A DNA stretch of 64,000 nucleotides. It comes from an uncultured Candidatus Binatia bacterium (lineage in GTDB: Bacteria; Desulfobacterota; Binatia; UBA9968; JAJDTQ01). The stretch spans positions 736,001-800,000 of the forward strand of contig OZ251459.1 of NCBI GenBank assembly GCA_965242525.1, in the 5' to 3' direction. How positions within the stretch are numbered: the first letter of the stretch is position 1; the number at the start of each line of letters is the position of its first letter. Of this stretch, positions 42,674 to 53,548 are shown in pieces. The notes under the pieces were generated by a model that searched no databases, was not told the origin of the DNA, and worked only from the letters and a program-made list of their open reading frames with translations. A program made the position numbers and the translations under genes.

Positions 42674-44463
42674 TTCGGCGGCTGAGCAGCGACCTTGCGT
42701 CCTTCAAGACGCTGGAATTCGGTCCCGGACTCAACGTTGTTCTTGCCGACAAGAGTCAAGGGGCCACGGACAGGCAGTCGCGCAACGGTGCGGGCAAGAC
42801 CAGTTTCGTGGAGCTGGTTCATTTTCTGTTCGGCGCGGACGCCAGACCTTCCGGTATTTTTCGATCGGAAGCCTTGCGGGACTGGACGTTCAGCGCATCC
42901 GTCGACATAGAGGGACGAAACTGTTCGATCTCTCGTAGCGGCCAGAAACCGAGTCGTATAAGTGTCACCGGTGGCATTGATGATTGGCCGGCTGCGTCAG
43001 AGAACGAAAAGCGACTGTTTGACGAAAGACGCCTCGCTCCGATGCTTCCGAAGCAGCAGGAGTTTTCCAATGAGCAGTGGAAAAGCATCCTTGGAATTCT
43101 CTGGTTCGGACTGTCGCGTGACGGCGATGACGCGGAATCGTTTCGGCCGACTTTTCGCTCCCTGTTTTCCTTCGTTGCCAGGCGCCAAGAAGGCGGAGGA
43201 TTTCAATTTCCGATGCAGCATTCGACGATGCAGCAGATATGGGACAGGCAGGTCGTCATCTCGTACTTGATTGGATTGGACTGGATGATTCCGAGCCGCT
43301 TTCAGAAGTTGCGCGACGAAGAAAGGGTTGCAAGGGAACTTCGCAGGGCCGTCGAGTCCGATCAACTGAGACGTTACGTCGGCAATGCGGCGGAATTGCG
43401 CACCAGACTTGCGGTCGCTGAAGACCGGGCGGATCGACTACGCGAAAGGATCGAAGGCTTCCACGTCGTACCGGAATACAAGGAACTGGAAGTGGAAGCC
43501 ACTGAGATTACCATGAGGATCAATGATCTGAACGTCGAGAACGTCGTCGATCAGGATCTGATTCGTGAACTGCGCGCGTCACTGGACACGGAAGATCCGC
43601 CGGATGCGCAAAACCTGGTCACCCTGTACGACGAGGCCGGTATCGTGTTGCCGGATCTGCCTCGCCGTCGGATCGATGAAGTCGAGCGGTTTCATCGGAC
43701 GGTCCTGGAAAACCGACGTTCCCACCTTGGATCCGAGATCGAGAGCGCGGAGCATCGAGTTTCCGAACGGGATCGGCAAAAAAATCGCTTGGATGAACGG
43801 CGCGGGCAGATCATGGGGCTTTTGAGATCGGGAGGAGCGCTGGATCATTACACCAGTCTGCGCGAAGAGTTGGGGAGACACGAAGCGGATGTCGAAATGT
43901 TGAGGCAGAGGCTCGATACTGCCGAACGCCTTGCCAACACCAGGACGGAGATGGACATGGAGCGTACGCGTCTGCTGAAGGCGCTTCGGGACGACATCCA
44001 TGAGCGTGAGGGCATTGTGCGCGAAGTCATCCTGAACTTCGAGGAGCTGTCGCAATCACTTTACGAGCGTGCGGGAAGCCTGACCATCTCCGATACGCCG
44101 AACGGGCCGAAGTTCAATGTTCATATCGCAGCCGAACGCAGCAAGGGAATTACGAACATGCAGATTTTCTGCTTCGATCTGATGCTGACGGAGATCGGCG
44201 TTCGGCGCGGGCGATGGCCGGGGTTTCTTATCCACGACAGTCATCTTTTCGACGGAGTTGATGAGCGGCAGGTGGCCAAAGCCCTTCAGATCGGTGCAGA
44301 GCGGGCTGATGCCAATGGCTTTCAGTACATCGTTACCATGAATTCCGATTCTGTGCCGACGGAGGGATTCACGAACGGATTCGATCTTCAGAACTACGTC
44401 AACGAAACCAGACTGACAGACGCGACAGAGACAGGCGGGTTGTTTGGCTTCAGGTTCGATTGA
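42670..44463 (+). CDS. ABC-three-component SMC-like ATPase (LmuB-like, DUF2326)
   Basis: Walker A NGAGKTS, central coiled coil, SKG...CFDL, FLIHDS.LFDGVD, QYIVT.N. Confidence 0.88.
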   Translation: MIRRLSSDLASFKTLEFGPGLNVVLADKSQGATDRQSRNGAGKTSFVELVHFLFGADARPSGIFRSEALRDWTFSASVDIEGRNCSISRSGQKPSRISVTGGIDDWPAASENEKRLFDERRLAPMLPKQQEFSNEQWKSILGILWFGLSRDGDDAESFRPTFRSLFSFVARRQEGGGFQFPMQHSTMQQIWDRQVVISYLIGLDWMIPSRFQKLRDEERVARELRRAVESDQLRRYVGNAAELRTRLAVAEDRADRLRERIEGFHVVPEYKELEVEATEITMRINDLNVENVVDQDLIRELRASLDTEDPPDAQNLVTLYDEAGIVLPDLPRRRIDEVERFHRTVLENRRSHLGSEIESAEHRVSERDRQKNRLDERRGQIMGLLRSGGALDHYTSLREELGRHEADVEMLRQRLDTAERLANTRTEMDMERTRLLKALRDDIHEREGIVREVILNFEELSQSLYERAGSLTISDTPNGPKFNVHIAAERSKGITNMQIFCFDLMLTEIGVRRGRWPGFLIHDSHLFDGVDERQVAKALQIGAERADANGFQYIVTMNSDSVPTEGFTNGFDLQNYVNETRLTDATETGGLFGFRFD

Positions 44464-44695
44464 AATAGTCGTCGCTGCCGCCGCGAGGCTCTCCCTTCCC
44501 GCCAGGGCATAGCCCACCTTGCCTTCGGCGTCGGCGAACGGAGTTTCGTGATTCCTTTGGAGACTCTGGCGGTGTGTGAGAAAGGTAGGCCGTGCGAGCA
44601 GGGCGAAGGGAAGGAACAGGGCAAAGCCGTTGGCGAGGGCGAGGCAGTCCACCAGCGGCCAGGGGACGGGCTGGTAGCGCAGTAGATGGAACTCG

Positions 44696-45196
44696 ATGGG
44701 CCGGCCGTTGCATAGCCGTCAGCCCCCGGTCTGGGCCGCCGCGGTAGCCAGCGTCGGCGGCATCGGGTTCTGTCCGGTGGCGCCGGGCACGGTGGCCAGC
44801 GGGTTTGCCGCGGCCGTTTACTGGTTGGCGGAGCCGCTTCAGCACGCCGCGGTCCTCGTCCCGGTCGTCATAGCGGCCTTCGTGCTCGGCGGAGTCGGCG
44901 TGCGCGGGGTCTTGCGGCAGCGCGGCGAGGACGCGGACCCTTCCCACGTGGTGTGCGACGAGGTGGTGGGACAGTGGCTGGCGCTCCTGAGCCCTGCCTA
45001 CTCGGGCCGGTGGGAGCACGTGCTGTTGGCGTTCCTGTGGTTCCGCGTTTTCGACGTGCTGAAGCCGCCGCCCGCCTCGTTCTTCGACCGCCGCAAAGGC
45101 CCGTGGAACGTCATGATGGACGACGTGGTGGCGGGGGGCTACGCCAACCTGGCGAGCCATCTCTGCCTTGTCCTCGGGTCGGCTGCGTTTCGCTGA
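44696..45196 (+). CDS. pgpA: phosphatidylglycerophosphatase A
   Basis: APGTVAS, DP..VV.DEVVG, FRVFDVLKP, MDDVVAG. Confidence 0.93.
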   Translation: MGRPLHSRQPPVWAAAVASVGGIGFCPVAPGTVASGFAAAVYWLAEPLQHAAVLVPVVIAAFVLGGVGVRGVLRQRGEDADPSHVVCDEVVGQWLALLSPAYSGRWEHVLLAFLWFRVFDVLKPPPASFFDRRKGPWNVMMDDVVAGGYANLASHLCLVLGSAAFR

Positions 45197-45274
45197 ACCC
45201 GCGGCTTCCGCGTCGGTCGTTCGTCTGTGGGGGCCGACTCCCGCCCGCGCATCCCCGGGGCAGGGAAGGCGCGG

Positions 45275-46192
45275 CTACTGCTCCAGTCCCAGCAGCCTGA
45301 CGGCGTTGCCGCCGAGGATCTTCTGCTTGTCCGCGTCGGACAGGCGCACGTCCCGGACCGCGTTGACCGAGCGCTCCAGGGGGATCGGCACGGGCGGGAA
45401 GTCGCTGCCGAACAGCACGTGGTCGGCGCCCGCGGTCTCCACCGCGCACATGACCGCGGGCGCGTGGAGGCTCACGGTGTCGAAATAGAGCTGCTCGATG
45501 TAGGTGCTCGGCGCCCGCGGCAGCACGTCGGGCTCCCAGGGGCCGAAGCTGTCGTCCTTGCGGAGCTCGTAGCCGAAGTCCAGGCGTCCGGGCAGCATGG
45601 GCAAGGCCCCGCCCACGTGGGAGCAGATCATGACGAGCTTCGGGAACCGCTCGAACCCGCCGGTGAGTATGAAGCGCGAGAGGGAGAGCGTGGTGTCGAA
45701 GGGCCGTCCGACCATCTCGGGCAGCCGGAAGATCTCCATGCGCTCCGCCCCGATGGTCACCCGCGGCGGGTGGACGAAGAGCGGCGCGCCAAGGTCGGTC
45801 ACGAGCTCGAAGAACGGTACGGCGTTGTCCGAGTCCAGGTACTCGCCGGCGACGCTGGAGTTGATCATGACGCCCTTGAGCCCGTACTCGCGCACCGCCC
45901 GCTCGGTTTCCCGGAGGAACCGCTTGTCGCCGAAGGGCATGGCGCACGCCAGTCCCAGCAGGCGGTCCGGATAGCGCCGGGTGGTCTCCGCGGCGAACTC
46001 GTTGAACTCCGCCACGATGTCGAAGGGGTCCTTGCCGGACGGCGTGCGGATCCAGTTGTTGCCGAATATGGTGAGATCGACCCCGGCGCGCTGCTGCTCT
46101 TCCAGCAACCCGTCGATGTCGAAAATGGCCGGAGGCGACTTGGGATGATACCAACCCTGGGGCACGAGATGAGCGTGACAGTCGATGATCAT
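45275..46192 (-). CDS. amidohydrolase family protein (ACMSD-like)
   Basis: IDCHAH, FVHP, H.GG..P, FGSDFP. Confidence 0.9.
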   Translation of the reverse strand: MIIDCHAHLVPQGWYHPKSPPAIFDIDGLLEEQQRAGVDLTIFGNNWIRTPSGKDPFDIVAEFNEFAAETTRRYPDRLLGLACAMPFGDKRFLRETERAVREYGLKGVMINSSVAGEYLDSDNAVPFFELVTDLGAPLFVHPPRVTIGAERMEIFRLPEMVGRPFDTTLSLSRFILTGGFERFPKLVMICSHVGGALPMLPGRLDFGYELRKDDSFGPWEPDVLPRAPSTYIEQLYFDTVSLHAPAVMCAVETAGADHVLFGSDFPPVPIPLERSVNAVRDVRLSDADKQKILGGNAVRLLGLEQ

Positions 46193-46315
46193 GGGAATGG
46201 GTAATTACTGGATCTCGCCCGCGCTTTCAAGCCTGGAACGCGGGAGGGCCGCGGCTTCCGAGGGTATCTTTTCCATGGGGAATCGCCTACGGTAGGCCCC
46301 GGGGAAACCATCGGT

Positions 46316-47323
46316 ATGAAGCTCGACATCGAGTTCAATTCGGGCGCCCAGCTTCCCATGCACGCGGTCCCCGAGCTCGCGGCGGCCGCGGAGGACAACG
46401 GGTTCGAAGGCGTCTGGGGCGGGGAGGCCAACAACAAGGATCCCACGGTCATGCTGGCGGCCGCGGCCGCGGTGACCCGGCGGCTCCGGCTCGGGACCGC
46501 GGTCTTCCACATGCTGGGCCGAACCCCCGTAAGCATGGCCCTCCACGCAGCCGGCCTCGACGAGTTGTCCCGCGGGCGTTTCCTGCTGGGGCTCGGCATC
46601 TCGAACCCCACCATAGCGGACTGGCACGGCGCGGCCTTCGACCGTCCGTTGGGGCGCATCCGGGAGTACCTGGAGGTGGTGAGGGCCGCCCTCCGGGGCG
46701 AGAAGCTCGATTTCCGGGGCGCGTTCTACCGCGCCCGCGGCTTCAAACTCGCCTTCGAGCCGTCCGGTCGGAGCATCCCCGTGTACCTCGCGGCCTTCGG
46801 ACCGCAGATGAGCCGACTGGCCGGCCGGTCGAGCGACGGCGTGCTCATCAACATGGCGGACCCGAAAGAGGTCCGCAGGATCGCCGACAACGCCCGGGAG
46901 GGGGCAAGGACGGCGGGCAAGGACCCGGACGGGCTGGAGGTCATCTGCAAGGTGCGCTGCTGCGTGGCCCGGGACCGGGATGCGGCGCGGCAGGCCCTGG
47001 GGCGTATCCTGACCTACTACGCCTTGGCGGACTATTACCGCGACCTGCTCGCACGCATGGGGTTCGGCGAGGAGGTGGCGGCCATCCGCCAAGCTTGGCG
47101 CGCGTCGGGCTTCCACGCCGCGGCCGCGCAGGTCACCGACCGGCTGTTCGACGGCCTGCCCGTGGTGGCCGCGGAATCCGTGGACGAAGTCATGGCCAGG
47201 GTGCAAGCCTACCAGGAGGCCGGCGCCACCCGCGTGATCCTTCCGTACGTGCCGTGCACCGACGACGCGGTGGGGGAGCTCCGCGAGTTCATCCTGGCGT
47301 GCGGCCGAAGACGGGGGACATGA
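46316..47323 (+). CDS. LLM-class (luciferase-like) flavin/F420-dependent oxidoreductase
   Basis: AAVT.RLRLGT, LDELS.GRF.LGLG, IPVYLAA.GP. Confidence 0.88.
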   Translation: MKLDIEFNSGAQLPMHAVPELAAAAEDNGFEGVWGGEANNKDPTVMLAAAAAVTRRLRLGTAVFHMLGRTPVSMALHAAGLDELSRGRFLLGLGISNPTIADWHGAAFDRPLGRIREYLEVVRAALRGEKLDFRGAFYRARGFKLAFEPSGRSIPVYLAAFGPQMSRLAGRSSDGVLINMADPKEVRRIADNAREGARTAGKDPDGLEVICKVRCCVARDRDAARQALGRILTYYALADYYRDLLARMGFGEEVAAIRQAWRASGFHAAAAQVTDRLFDGLPVVAAESVDEVMARVQAYQEAGATRVILPYVPCTDDAVGELREFILACGRRRGT

Positions 47324-47424
47324 GCGCGTCCTTCGACTCCGCTTCGCTACGCTCAGGACGAACGGGGATAGGAGTGTCAAGTTGAGGGAATCCACCCTGG
47401 AAATCTCGATTGTTCAGGGGTCCC
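47324..47424 (+). repeat. REP/MITE-like repeat
   Basis: REP copy followed by ATTGTTCAGGGGTCCC. Confidence 0.75.
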
Positions 47425-47458
47425 GGAAGGGTCCGAAAAGTCACGGAGGAGGTGCGCC

Positions 47459-47860
47459 ATCGCTTTCGAACTGATCAATCCCGCGGGACTCGAGGATCCC
47501 GCAGGCTATTCGCACGTCGCCAAGGTTTCCTCGGGCAGGCTCGTGCTCGTGGCGGGGCAGGCGCCGTTCGACGCGGACGGGGAAGTGGTGGGCAAGGGGG
47601 ACTTCCCGGCCCAGTGCCGGCAGGTGTGGCGGAACCTGCGGTTGGCCGTCGAGGGCGCCGGAGGCCGTCCCCGGGACTATGCCGCCCTCACCATGTACGT
47701 GACCGACGCCAACGCCTACCATACCCACCGCAAGGAGATCGGCGCGTCTTACCGGGAGGTGTTCGGAAAGCATTTTCCCGCCATCACCCTGGTGCAGGTG
47801 GAGGCCCTCTACAACCCGGACTGCATGGTCGAGGTGTCCGGCCTCGCCGTCATCGACTGA
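47459..47860 (+). CDS. RidA/YjgF family protein (apparent start codon ATC)
   Basis: INP.GL..P.GYSH, VAGQ, PAITLVQV..L, VEV; GGAGGAGG RBS upstream of 47459. Confidence 0.85.
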   Translation: MAFELINPAGLEDPAGYSHVAKVSSGRLVLVAGQAPFDADGEVVGKGDFPAQCRQVWRNLRLAVEGAGGRPRDYAALTMYVTDANAYHTHRKEIGASYREVFGKHFPAITLVQVEALYNPDCMVEVSGLAVID

Positions 47861-47890
47861 CGGAGCCTCTGGACGATCGGGGGAGCATGA

Positions 47891-47932
47891 GCGCGTCCTT
47901 CGACTTCGCTCCGCTACGCTCAGGACGAACGG
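47891..47932 (+). repeat. REP-like repeat between convergent genes
   Basis: GCGCGTCCTTCGACTTCGCTCCGCTACGCTCAGGACGAACGG. Confidence 0.8.
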
Positions 47933-47984
47933 GGATAGGAGGGTCAGGGGGGAGGGACAGGGTGGGGGGCGGTGTCGAGGCGGT

Positions 47985-48464
47985 TCAGGTCAGTTCGGCC
48001 TGGGGGTCGGCCTTGGCCAACAGGTCCAGCAGGGTCTGCTTGTGGCGGCCTTCCACCTCCACGAGCTGACGGAGCAGCCGGCTGTAGTCCGGCGCTTCCA
48101 GGGCCAGGTAGGCCATGTCGTCGAGGAGCTTGGCCTCCACCCGCTTCTGGTCCTCCACGTCCTGGCGGAGGCGCTCCCAGTGGTTCTTTCCGGACGGGAT
48201 GCTCGAATCGAACTTGGCCACCCGCGCGCCCAGGTGCTCGATGCCCTTGAACAGCAGCGCGATGTTCTTTTCCTTCTCCGCGGCCATCTGCCTCAGCCGC
48301 TCGACCACGAAGGGATAGGGGGCCTTTTCCGCGTGCAGCTTGAGCTGGTTGGCGAGCTTGGCGAGGTCCCGGTAGTCGTCGGCGAGCACGGTGCGTATGG
48401 TGCGCTCTTCCCGCCGCTCCCGGCCGCGTTGGAACCAGCCCGTGATGGTCTCCGTCAGCGCCAC
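47985..48464 (-). CDS. hypothetical all-helical protein, possibly ferritin-like
   Basis: Four amphipathic helices, E..H near the C-terminus. Confidence 0.65.
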   Translation of the reverse strand: MALTETITGWFQRGRERREERTIRTVLADDYRDLAKLANQLKLHAEKAPYPFVVERLRQMAAEKEKNIALLFKGIEHLGARVAKFDSSIPSGKNHWERLRQDVEDQKRVEAKLLDDMAYLALEAPDYSRLLRQLVEVEGRHKQTLLDLLAKADPQAELT

Positions 48465-48495
48465 GATGCCAGCATAGGACCCCTCGCGGGTCCTG

Positions 48496-49440
48496 TCAAG
48501 ATTTCATGGCCGACGTCATGTCCTCGATGTAGTCCTGGAACCCGCGTTCCACGCTGTACTCGGGATCCCAGCCGAGCATCTCCCTGGCCCGGGTGACGAC
48601 CATGGGCTGCTTGGACGAGCGGGGCGGTTTCCCGGGCAGGATCTCCACTTCCAGCTTGGGCAGGAGCTTCTGGACCAGCGCCACCAGGTCGTCGAAGGTC
48701 AGGAGCACGCCGGTGCCGATGTTGAAGGTGGTCTCGGCAGGGACCGGGACCGTGGCGGCCAGCTCGATGGCCCGGCCCACGTCCTTGAAATAGACGTACT
48801 CGAAGTCCCGCGCGGACTCCTGGGGGATGTTGGCCACGCCGCCCCGGATGCCGGTCTCCACCATGGTCTGGAGCATCTCGCCCCCCGCGGAGCCGCCGGT
48901 GAAGTGGCCGAAGCCGAACACGTTGGCCAGCCGCAGCACCATGAGCTCGAAGCCGTAGAGCCGCTGGTAGGCCTCCACCATGAGCTCCTTGGCCACCTTG
49001 GAGTTGCCGTAGGCGTTGCCGTCGCCGCGATGGAACCCTTCGTCGATAGGCGAGTCGCCCTCCATGCGGCGGTTATAGACGCCCATGGTGCTGATCTGGA
49101 TCAGCCGCCTGACGCCCGTCAGCCTCACCGCCTCGGCCACGTTGACCGTGCCCATGACGTTGATCTGGAGGCCGCTGTACACCGGGTTGGCCACCGCGCC
49201 GCCGATGAGGCCGGCGGTGTGCAGCACGGTATCGACTTGGTGGGTCTGCATGGCGTCGATGAGCGCCGGCAGGTCCCGGATGTCCCGCTTGAGGACGGTG
49301 ACCTGGGCCTTTCCCAGCTTCCGCTCCAGGAAGTCCATCCTGGGCGCCATGTCGAAGAACACGATCTTCTCGCCCCGCTGGAGCGCGCGTTGCGCGAACG
49401 CGGTGCCCACCAAGCCCACGCCGGTTATCAAAGTGCTCAT
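48496..49440 (-). CDS. NAD-dependent epimerase/dehydratase (extended SDR)
   Basis: TG.G.VG, HTAG, YGNSK. Confidence 0.9.
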   Translation of the reverse strand: MSTLITGVGLVGTAFAQRALQRGEKIVFFDMAPRMDFLERKLGKAQVTVLKRDIRDLPALIDAMQTHQVDTVLHTAGLIGGAVANPVYSGLQINVMGTVNVAEAVRLTGVRRLIQISTMGVYNRRMEGDSPIDEGFHRGDGNAYGNSKVAKELMVEAYQRLYGFELMVLRLANVFGFGHFTGGSAGGEMLQTMVETGIRGGVANIPQESARDFEYVYFKDVGRAIELAATVPVPAETTFNIGTGVLLTFDDLVALVQKLLPKLEVEILPGKPPRSSKQPMVVTRAREMLGWDPEYSVERGFQDYIEDMTSAMKS

Positions 49441-49517
49441 GGAGACTCCCTTCCGGTTTTCTTGCCAGGGAAATTCCGATCCATTCCGGCTTGAACTCCC
49501 TCTCCCTGTGGGAAAAT

Positions 49518-49833
49518 GCGTCCTTCGACTTCGCTTCGCTACGCTCAGGACGAACGGGAGTAATGGTTCGGAGTTTTCCCGAGGAAACCCTGATCCATCG
49601 AGTCATGGATCGGGTATTCCCTCCCGTGGTCTTCCCGCCGACCAGGCAGGGGATTGGCTGTATCCTGATCGAAGCCGATGGTCATGGTTCGGGGGTTTCC
49701 CTCACGTGGCCTTCCTGCCCCTGTTCGTTTTGAGCGTAGCGAAGTGAAGTTTACCTCCGTTCGTCCTGAGCGTAGCGAAGCGGAGTCGAAGGACGCGCTC
49801 ATGCTCTCTGTCCCGATTATTCAGGGGTTCCCC
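49518..49833. repeat. REP/MITE cluster
   Basis: Forward REP 49518-49557, reverse REP ~49758-49797, MITE-like ends at 49583 and ~49831. Confidence 0.75.
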
Positions 49834-49928
49834 GGGATGGAACAGGGTTTCCCCAAGTACCTGCACCAACCCCGGCCGCGTGTCAAGGCGTCCGGCGCCG
49901 CGGTCTCGGCTACGTCCCTCTCACGCCC

Positions 49929-50732
<804 letters not shown>

Positions 50733-50770
50733 TCCGAACGGTCAGCCTGGAAGGAACGGCAACGTGGGTC

Positions 50771-51760
50771 TCAACCACCGGAGGGCCGCCTCCTCGCGGC
50801 GATCCACGCGAATACCGGCGCTCCCAGCAGGGCCGCCACCACCCCGAGCTTGAGCTCGACGTCCGTGGGCGCCGCGCGCACGCCCATGTCCGCTGCCACC
50901 AGCATGAACCCGGCGAGCAGCGCCGACGGCGCCAGGGTCCGGGCCGGGTCGTGGCCCACCAGAGGGCGCACCAAGTGGGGGGCCACGATGCCGACGAAGC
51001 CGATGGCCCCGGCGATGGACACCGCGGCGCCGGTGGCCAAGCCCGCGCCCACCACCACCCGCCGCCGGGCCCGGCCGAGGTCCAGGCCCGCTCCCGCGGC
51101 CGCCTCCTCGCCCAGGGTCAGGGCGGCGAGGCCGCGCCGCTCGGCCAAAAGGACACCGAGGCCCGCCAGCAGGAAGGGCGCCGCGGGCGCGAGGTCGTGG
51201 AAACTGCGGTTGGCCACCGTGCCGAGCATCCAGTTCAGCATGTCCGACAGGGAAAAGGGGTGCGGCGCCAAGTTCATCAGCAACGCCATCAAGGCGCCGG
51301 CGAAGCTCGACAGCCCGACCCCCAACAGGATGAGCGTCACCACCGAGTCCACGCGCATGGCCGCCGCGGTCAGGAGGACGGTGGCCGCCAGGGCGCCGGC
51401 GATGGCGGCCAGGGGCAGGGCCAGGGCGCCGGCGTTGGCGAGGCCGTAGTAGATGACGAAGGTGGCGCCCAGGGCCGCGGTGGCGGACACGCCCAGGACT
51501 CCGGGCTCGGCCAGGGGGTTGCGCAGCAGCCCTTGCAGGGCGGCGCCCGACGCTCCCAGGGCCGCGCCCACCGCCAGCGCCGCCACCGCCCGCGGCAGGC
51601 GGATCTCCCACACCACCACGCGGTCCCCCGAGGACCCCCCGCCTAGGAGCGCCGCCAGCGCCCGCTCCACGCCCAGGTGGAAGGACCCCACCAGGCAGGA
51701 GGCGGCCAGAGCCGCGGCGACCGCGGCCGCAAGCACGATGGCGAGGCTCCGGTCGGTCAC
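50771..51760 (-). CDS. FecCD/BtuC family permease
   Basis: IRLPR, LLRNPLAEP.VLG, GAIGFVGIVAPH. Confidence 0.92.
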   Translation of the reverse strand: MTDRSLAIVLAAAVAAALAASCLVGSFHLGVERALAALLGGGSSGDRVVVWEIRLPRAVAALAVGAALGASGAALQGLLRNPLAEPGVLGVSATAALGATFVIYYGLANAGALALPLAAIAGALAATVLLTAAAMRVDSVVTLILLGVGLSSFAGALMALLMNLAPHPFSLSDMLNWMLGTVANRSFHDLAPAAPFLLAGLGVLLAERRGLAALTLGEEAAAGAGLDLGRARRRVVVGAGLATGAAVSIAGAIGFVGIVAPHLVRPLVGHDPARTLAPSALLAGFMLVAADMGVRAAPTDVELKLGVVAALLGAPVFAWIAARRRPSGG

Positions 51761-51825
51761 GGTTCCGCCCGGGTCGAGAGTGCGCGGTGGAGCGCCAAGT
51801 GGTTCCTATCTCGAATCGAGGACAA

Positions 51826-51955
51826 GGAAACCCTGAACGATGGAACCGTGGATGAGCGGTCTTCCCTCATGTGGCCTTCCTGTCCCCGTTCGTCCTGAGC
51901 GTAGCGGAGCGAAGTCGAAGGACGCGCTCTTCCTCCGGAATTGTTCAGGCTTTCC
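51826..51955. mobile_element. 130-bp MITE-like element with an internal REP
   Basis: Inverted ends GGAAACCCTGAAC / GTTCAGGCTTTCC enclosing a reverse REP copy. Confidence 0.7.
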
Positions 51956-51964
51956 ATGAAACGG

Positions 51965-52885
51965 TCACGGTCCTGTCCGGGTCGGGGGCGCGCGGCGGAG
52001 GGCCGCGAGCGCCTCTACCGCGTCGGCCAGGAACCACCCGCCGCAGGAAGTGGTGGCGCCGTCGAGGGCCGCGGCCGGAAGCGAGCGCAAGGCCCGCTGG
52101 GCCACGGGATGCCGGAACGGGGTCCACGCGTCCTCGTGGTCGTGGGCTTCGCCGAACGAGGCCACAGCCACGAGGTCCGGGCTCTCGTAGGCCAGGCGTT
52201 CGAGGGGGATGGGCCGCCATCCCGGCCGCGGCTGGAAGTTTTCGAGTCCCGCGGCCGCGAACAGGTGGTGCACGAGAGTGCCCGGTCCGGCCGTGAAGCC
52301 CGCCGGCGTCACGTAGAGCGCCCGCGTCTCCGGGTCATGGACCCGGGCCCGTTCCAACCGCGCGTCCATCTCCGCCACCAGCGCCTCGCCCCGTTCCGGC
52401 GCGCCGAGCCCCCGCGCGGCGTCCCGGACCACCGCCCGGGCGTCGTCGAGGTCGTCCACCAGACCGATTTGCAGCACCGGCACCCCCGCCCGCTCGAAGA
52501 ACGCCCGCGCCCGGGGACCTCCGCCATACGAGCGAACCACGAGGTCCGGCTCCAGCATCAGCACGTCCTCCGCCCGGGGCCGCACCGTGCGCAACCCCTC
52601 CGCGGCCGCCCGCATGTAGGAGAAGGCCGCGCCCGCGTCCGGCGACACCGCCAGTATGCGCCCGCGCTCCGCCAGCCCCAGCACGAACTGGTCGGCGCAG
52701 TAGTCCAGGCTCACGATCCTTCGGGCCGCCCCGGAGGGCTTGACCGGCCGCGGCTCGCATGCGGCGGCGAAGAGGCAGGCGGCGAGCGCGAGCATGGCCG
52801 CCTTGGCGCCTTGGCCGGTCTTGGCGCCGGGGCCGGTCCCGCGGCGCGCCGGTGTCCGATGGGTGGGTGAGTGGGGCATTTCCAA
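51965..52885 (-). CDS. periplasmic binding lipoprotein, BtuF-like
   Basis: Lipobox-like AAAC, RIVSL..CADQ, E.VL.LEPDLV. Confidence 0.85.
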   Translation of the reverse strand: MEMPHSPTHRTPARRGTGPGAKTGQGAKAAMLALAACLFAAACEPRPVKPSGAARRIVSLDYCADQFVLGLAERGRILAVSPDAGAAFSYMRAAAEGLRTVRPRAEDVLMLEPDLVVRSYGGGPRARAFFERAGVPVLQIGLVDDLDDARAVVRDAARGLGAPERGEALVAEMDARLERARVHDPETRALYVTPAGFTAGPGTLVHHLFAAAGLENFQPRPGWRPIPLERLAYESPDLVAVASFGEAHDHEDAWTPFRHPVAQRALRSLPAAALDGATTSCGGWFLADAVEALAALRRAPPTRTGP

Positions 52886-53006
52886 TCCGGTGGGTGACCA
52901 TCTTGGCGGAAAGTATCCGGATTGCCAACCTCGATAGCGGGCGGCGGCCGCGGCTTGAGGAACGTCTGATCGATTCCGGCTTGGACTCCATCGCCCTGCG
53001 GGAAAG

Positions 53007-53192
53007 CGCGTCCTTCGACTTCGCTTCGCTACGCTCAGGACGAACGGAGGACTCCGCTACGCTCAGGATGAACGGAGGACTCTGCTACGCTACGCTTCTT
53101 TCGACTTCGCTACGCGTCCTTCGACTCCGCTACGCTACGCTCAGGACGAACGGGGATTCAGGACGAACGGGGATAATTGTTCGGAGTTTCCT
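53007..53192 (+). repeat. tandemly amplified REP fragments
   Basis: Several CGCTACGCTCAGGA(C/T)GAACGG sub-copies. Confidence 0.8.
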
Positions 53193-53239
53193 TGACTGAA
53201 CCGGAGCTTTTTCGTATGGCTGACCGCAGGGGGAACGCC

Positions 53240-53548
53240 ATGCGCAGGACTCACGACATGGGCGGGGACACGGACGCCGGCCCCATCGACCGGTCGCAGC
53301 ACGAGATGGAGGACTGGGAGGTGCTCTCGGACGCGCTGAACCAGGTGCTGGGGGTCAAGGGCATCAAGCGGACGGACGAGACGCGGCGGGCGCGCGAGGA
53401 CATGGACTCGGATGAATACCTGTCCCTGAGCTACTACGAACGCTGGACCGCGAGCCTGGAGACCATCCTGGTGGAGAAGGGGTTCCTGACCCGCGAGGAG
53501 ATCGACAGGAAGGTGCGGGAGCTCGAAGAGCAGTGGGGCGGCCCGTGA
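53240..53548 (+). CDS. nitrile hydratase beta N-terminal-like subunit (thiocyanate hydrolase beta-like)
   Basis: HDMGG, DE.RRA.E, Y...SYYERW. Confidence 0.85.
   Translation: MRRTHDMGGDTDAGPIDRSQHEMEDWEVLSDALNQVLGVKGIKRTDETRRAREDMDSDEYLSLSYYERWTASLETILVEKGFLTREEIDRKVRELEEQWGGP

Noticed and set aside
52886-53240. Cobalamin riboswitch upstream of the BtuF-like gene
   Set aside because: Region is mostly REP fragments; no B12-box consensus recognised
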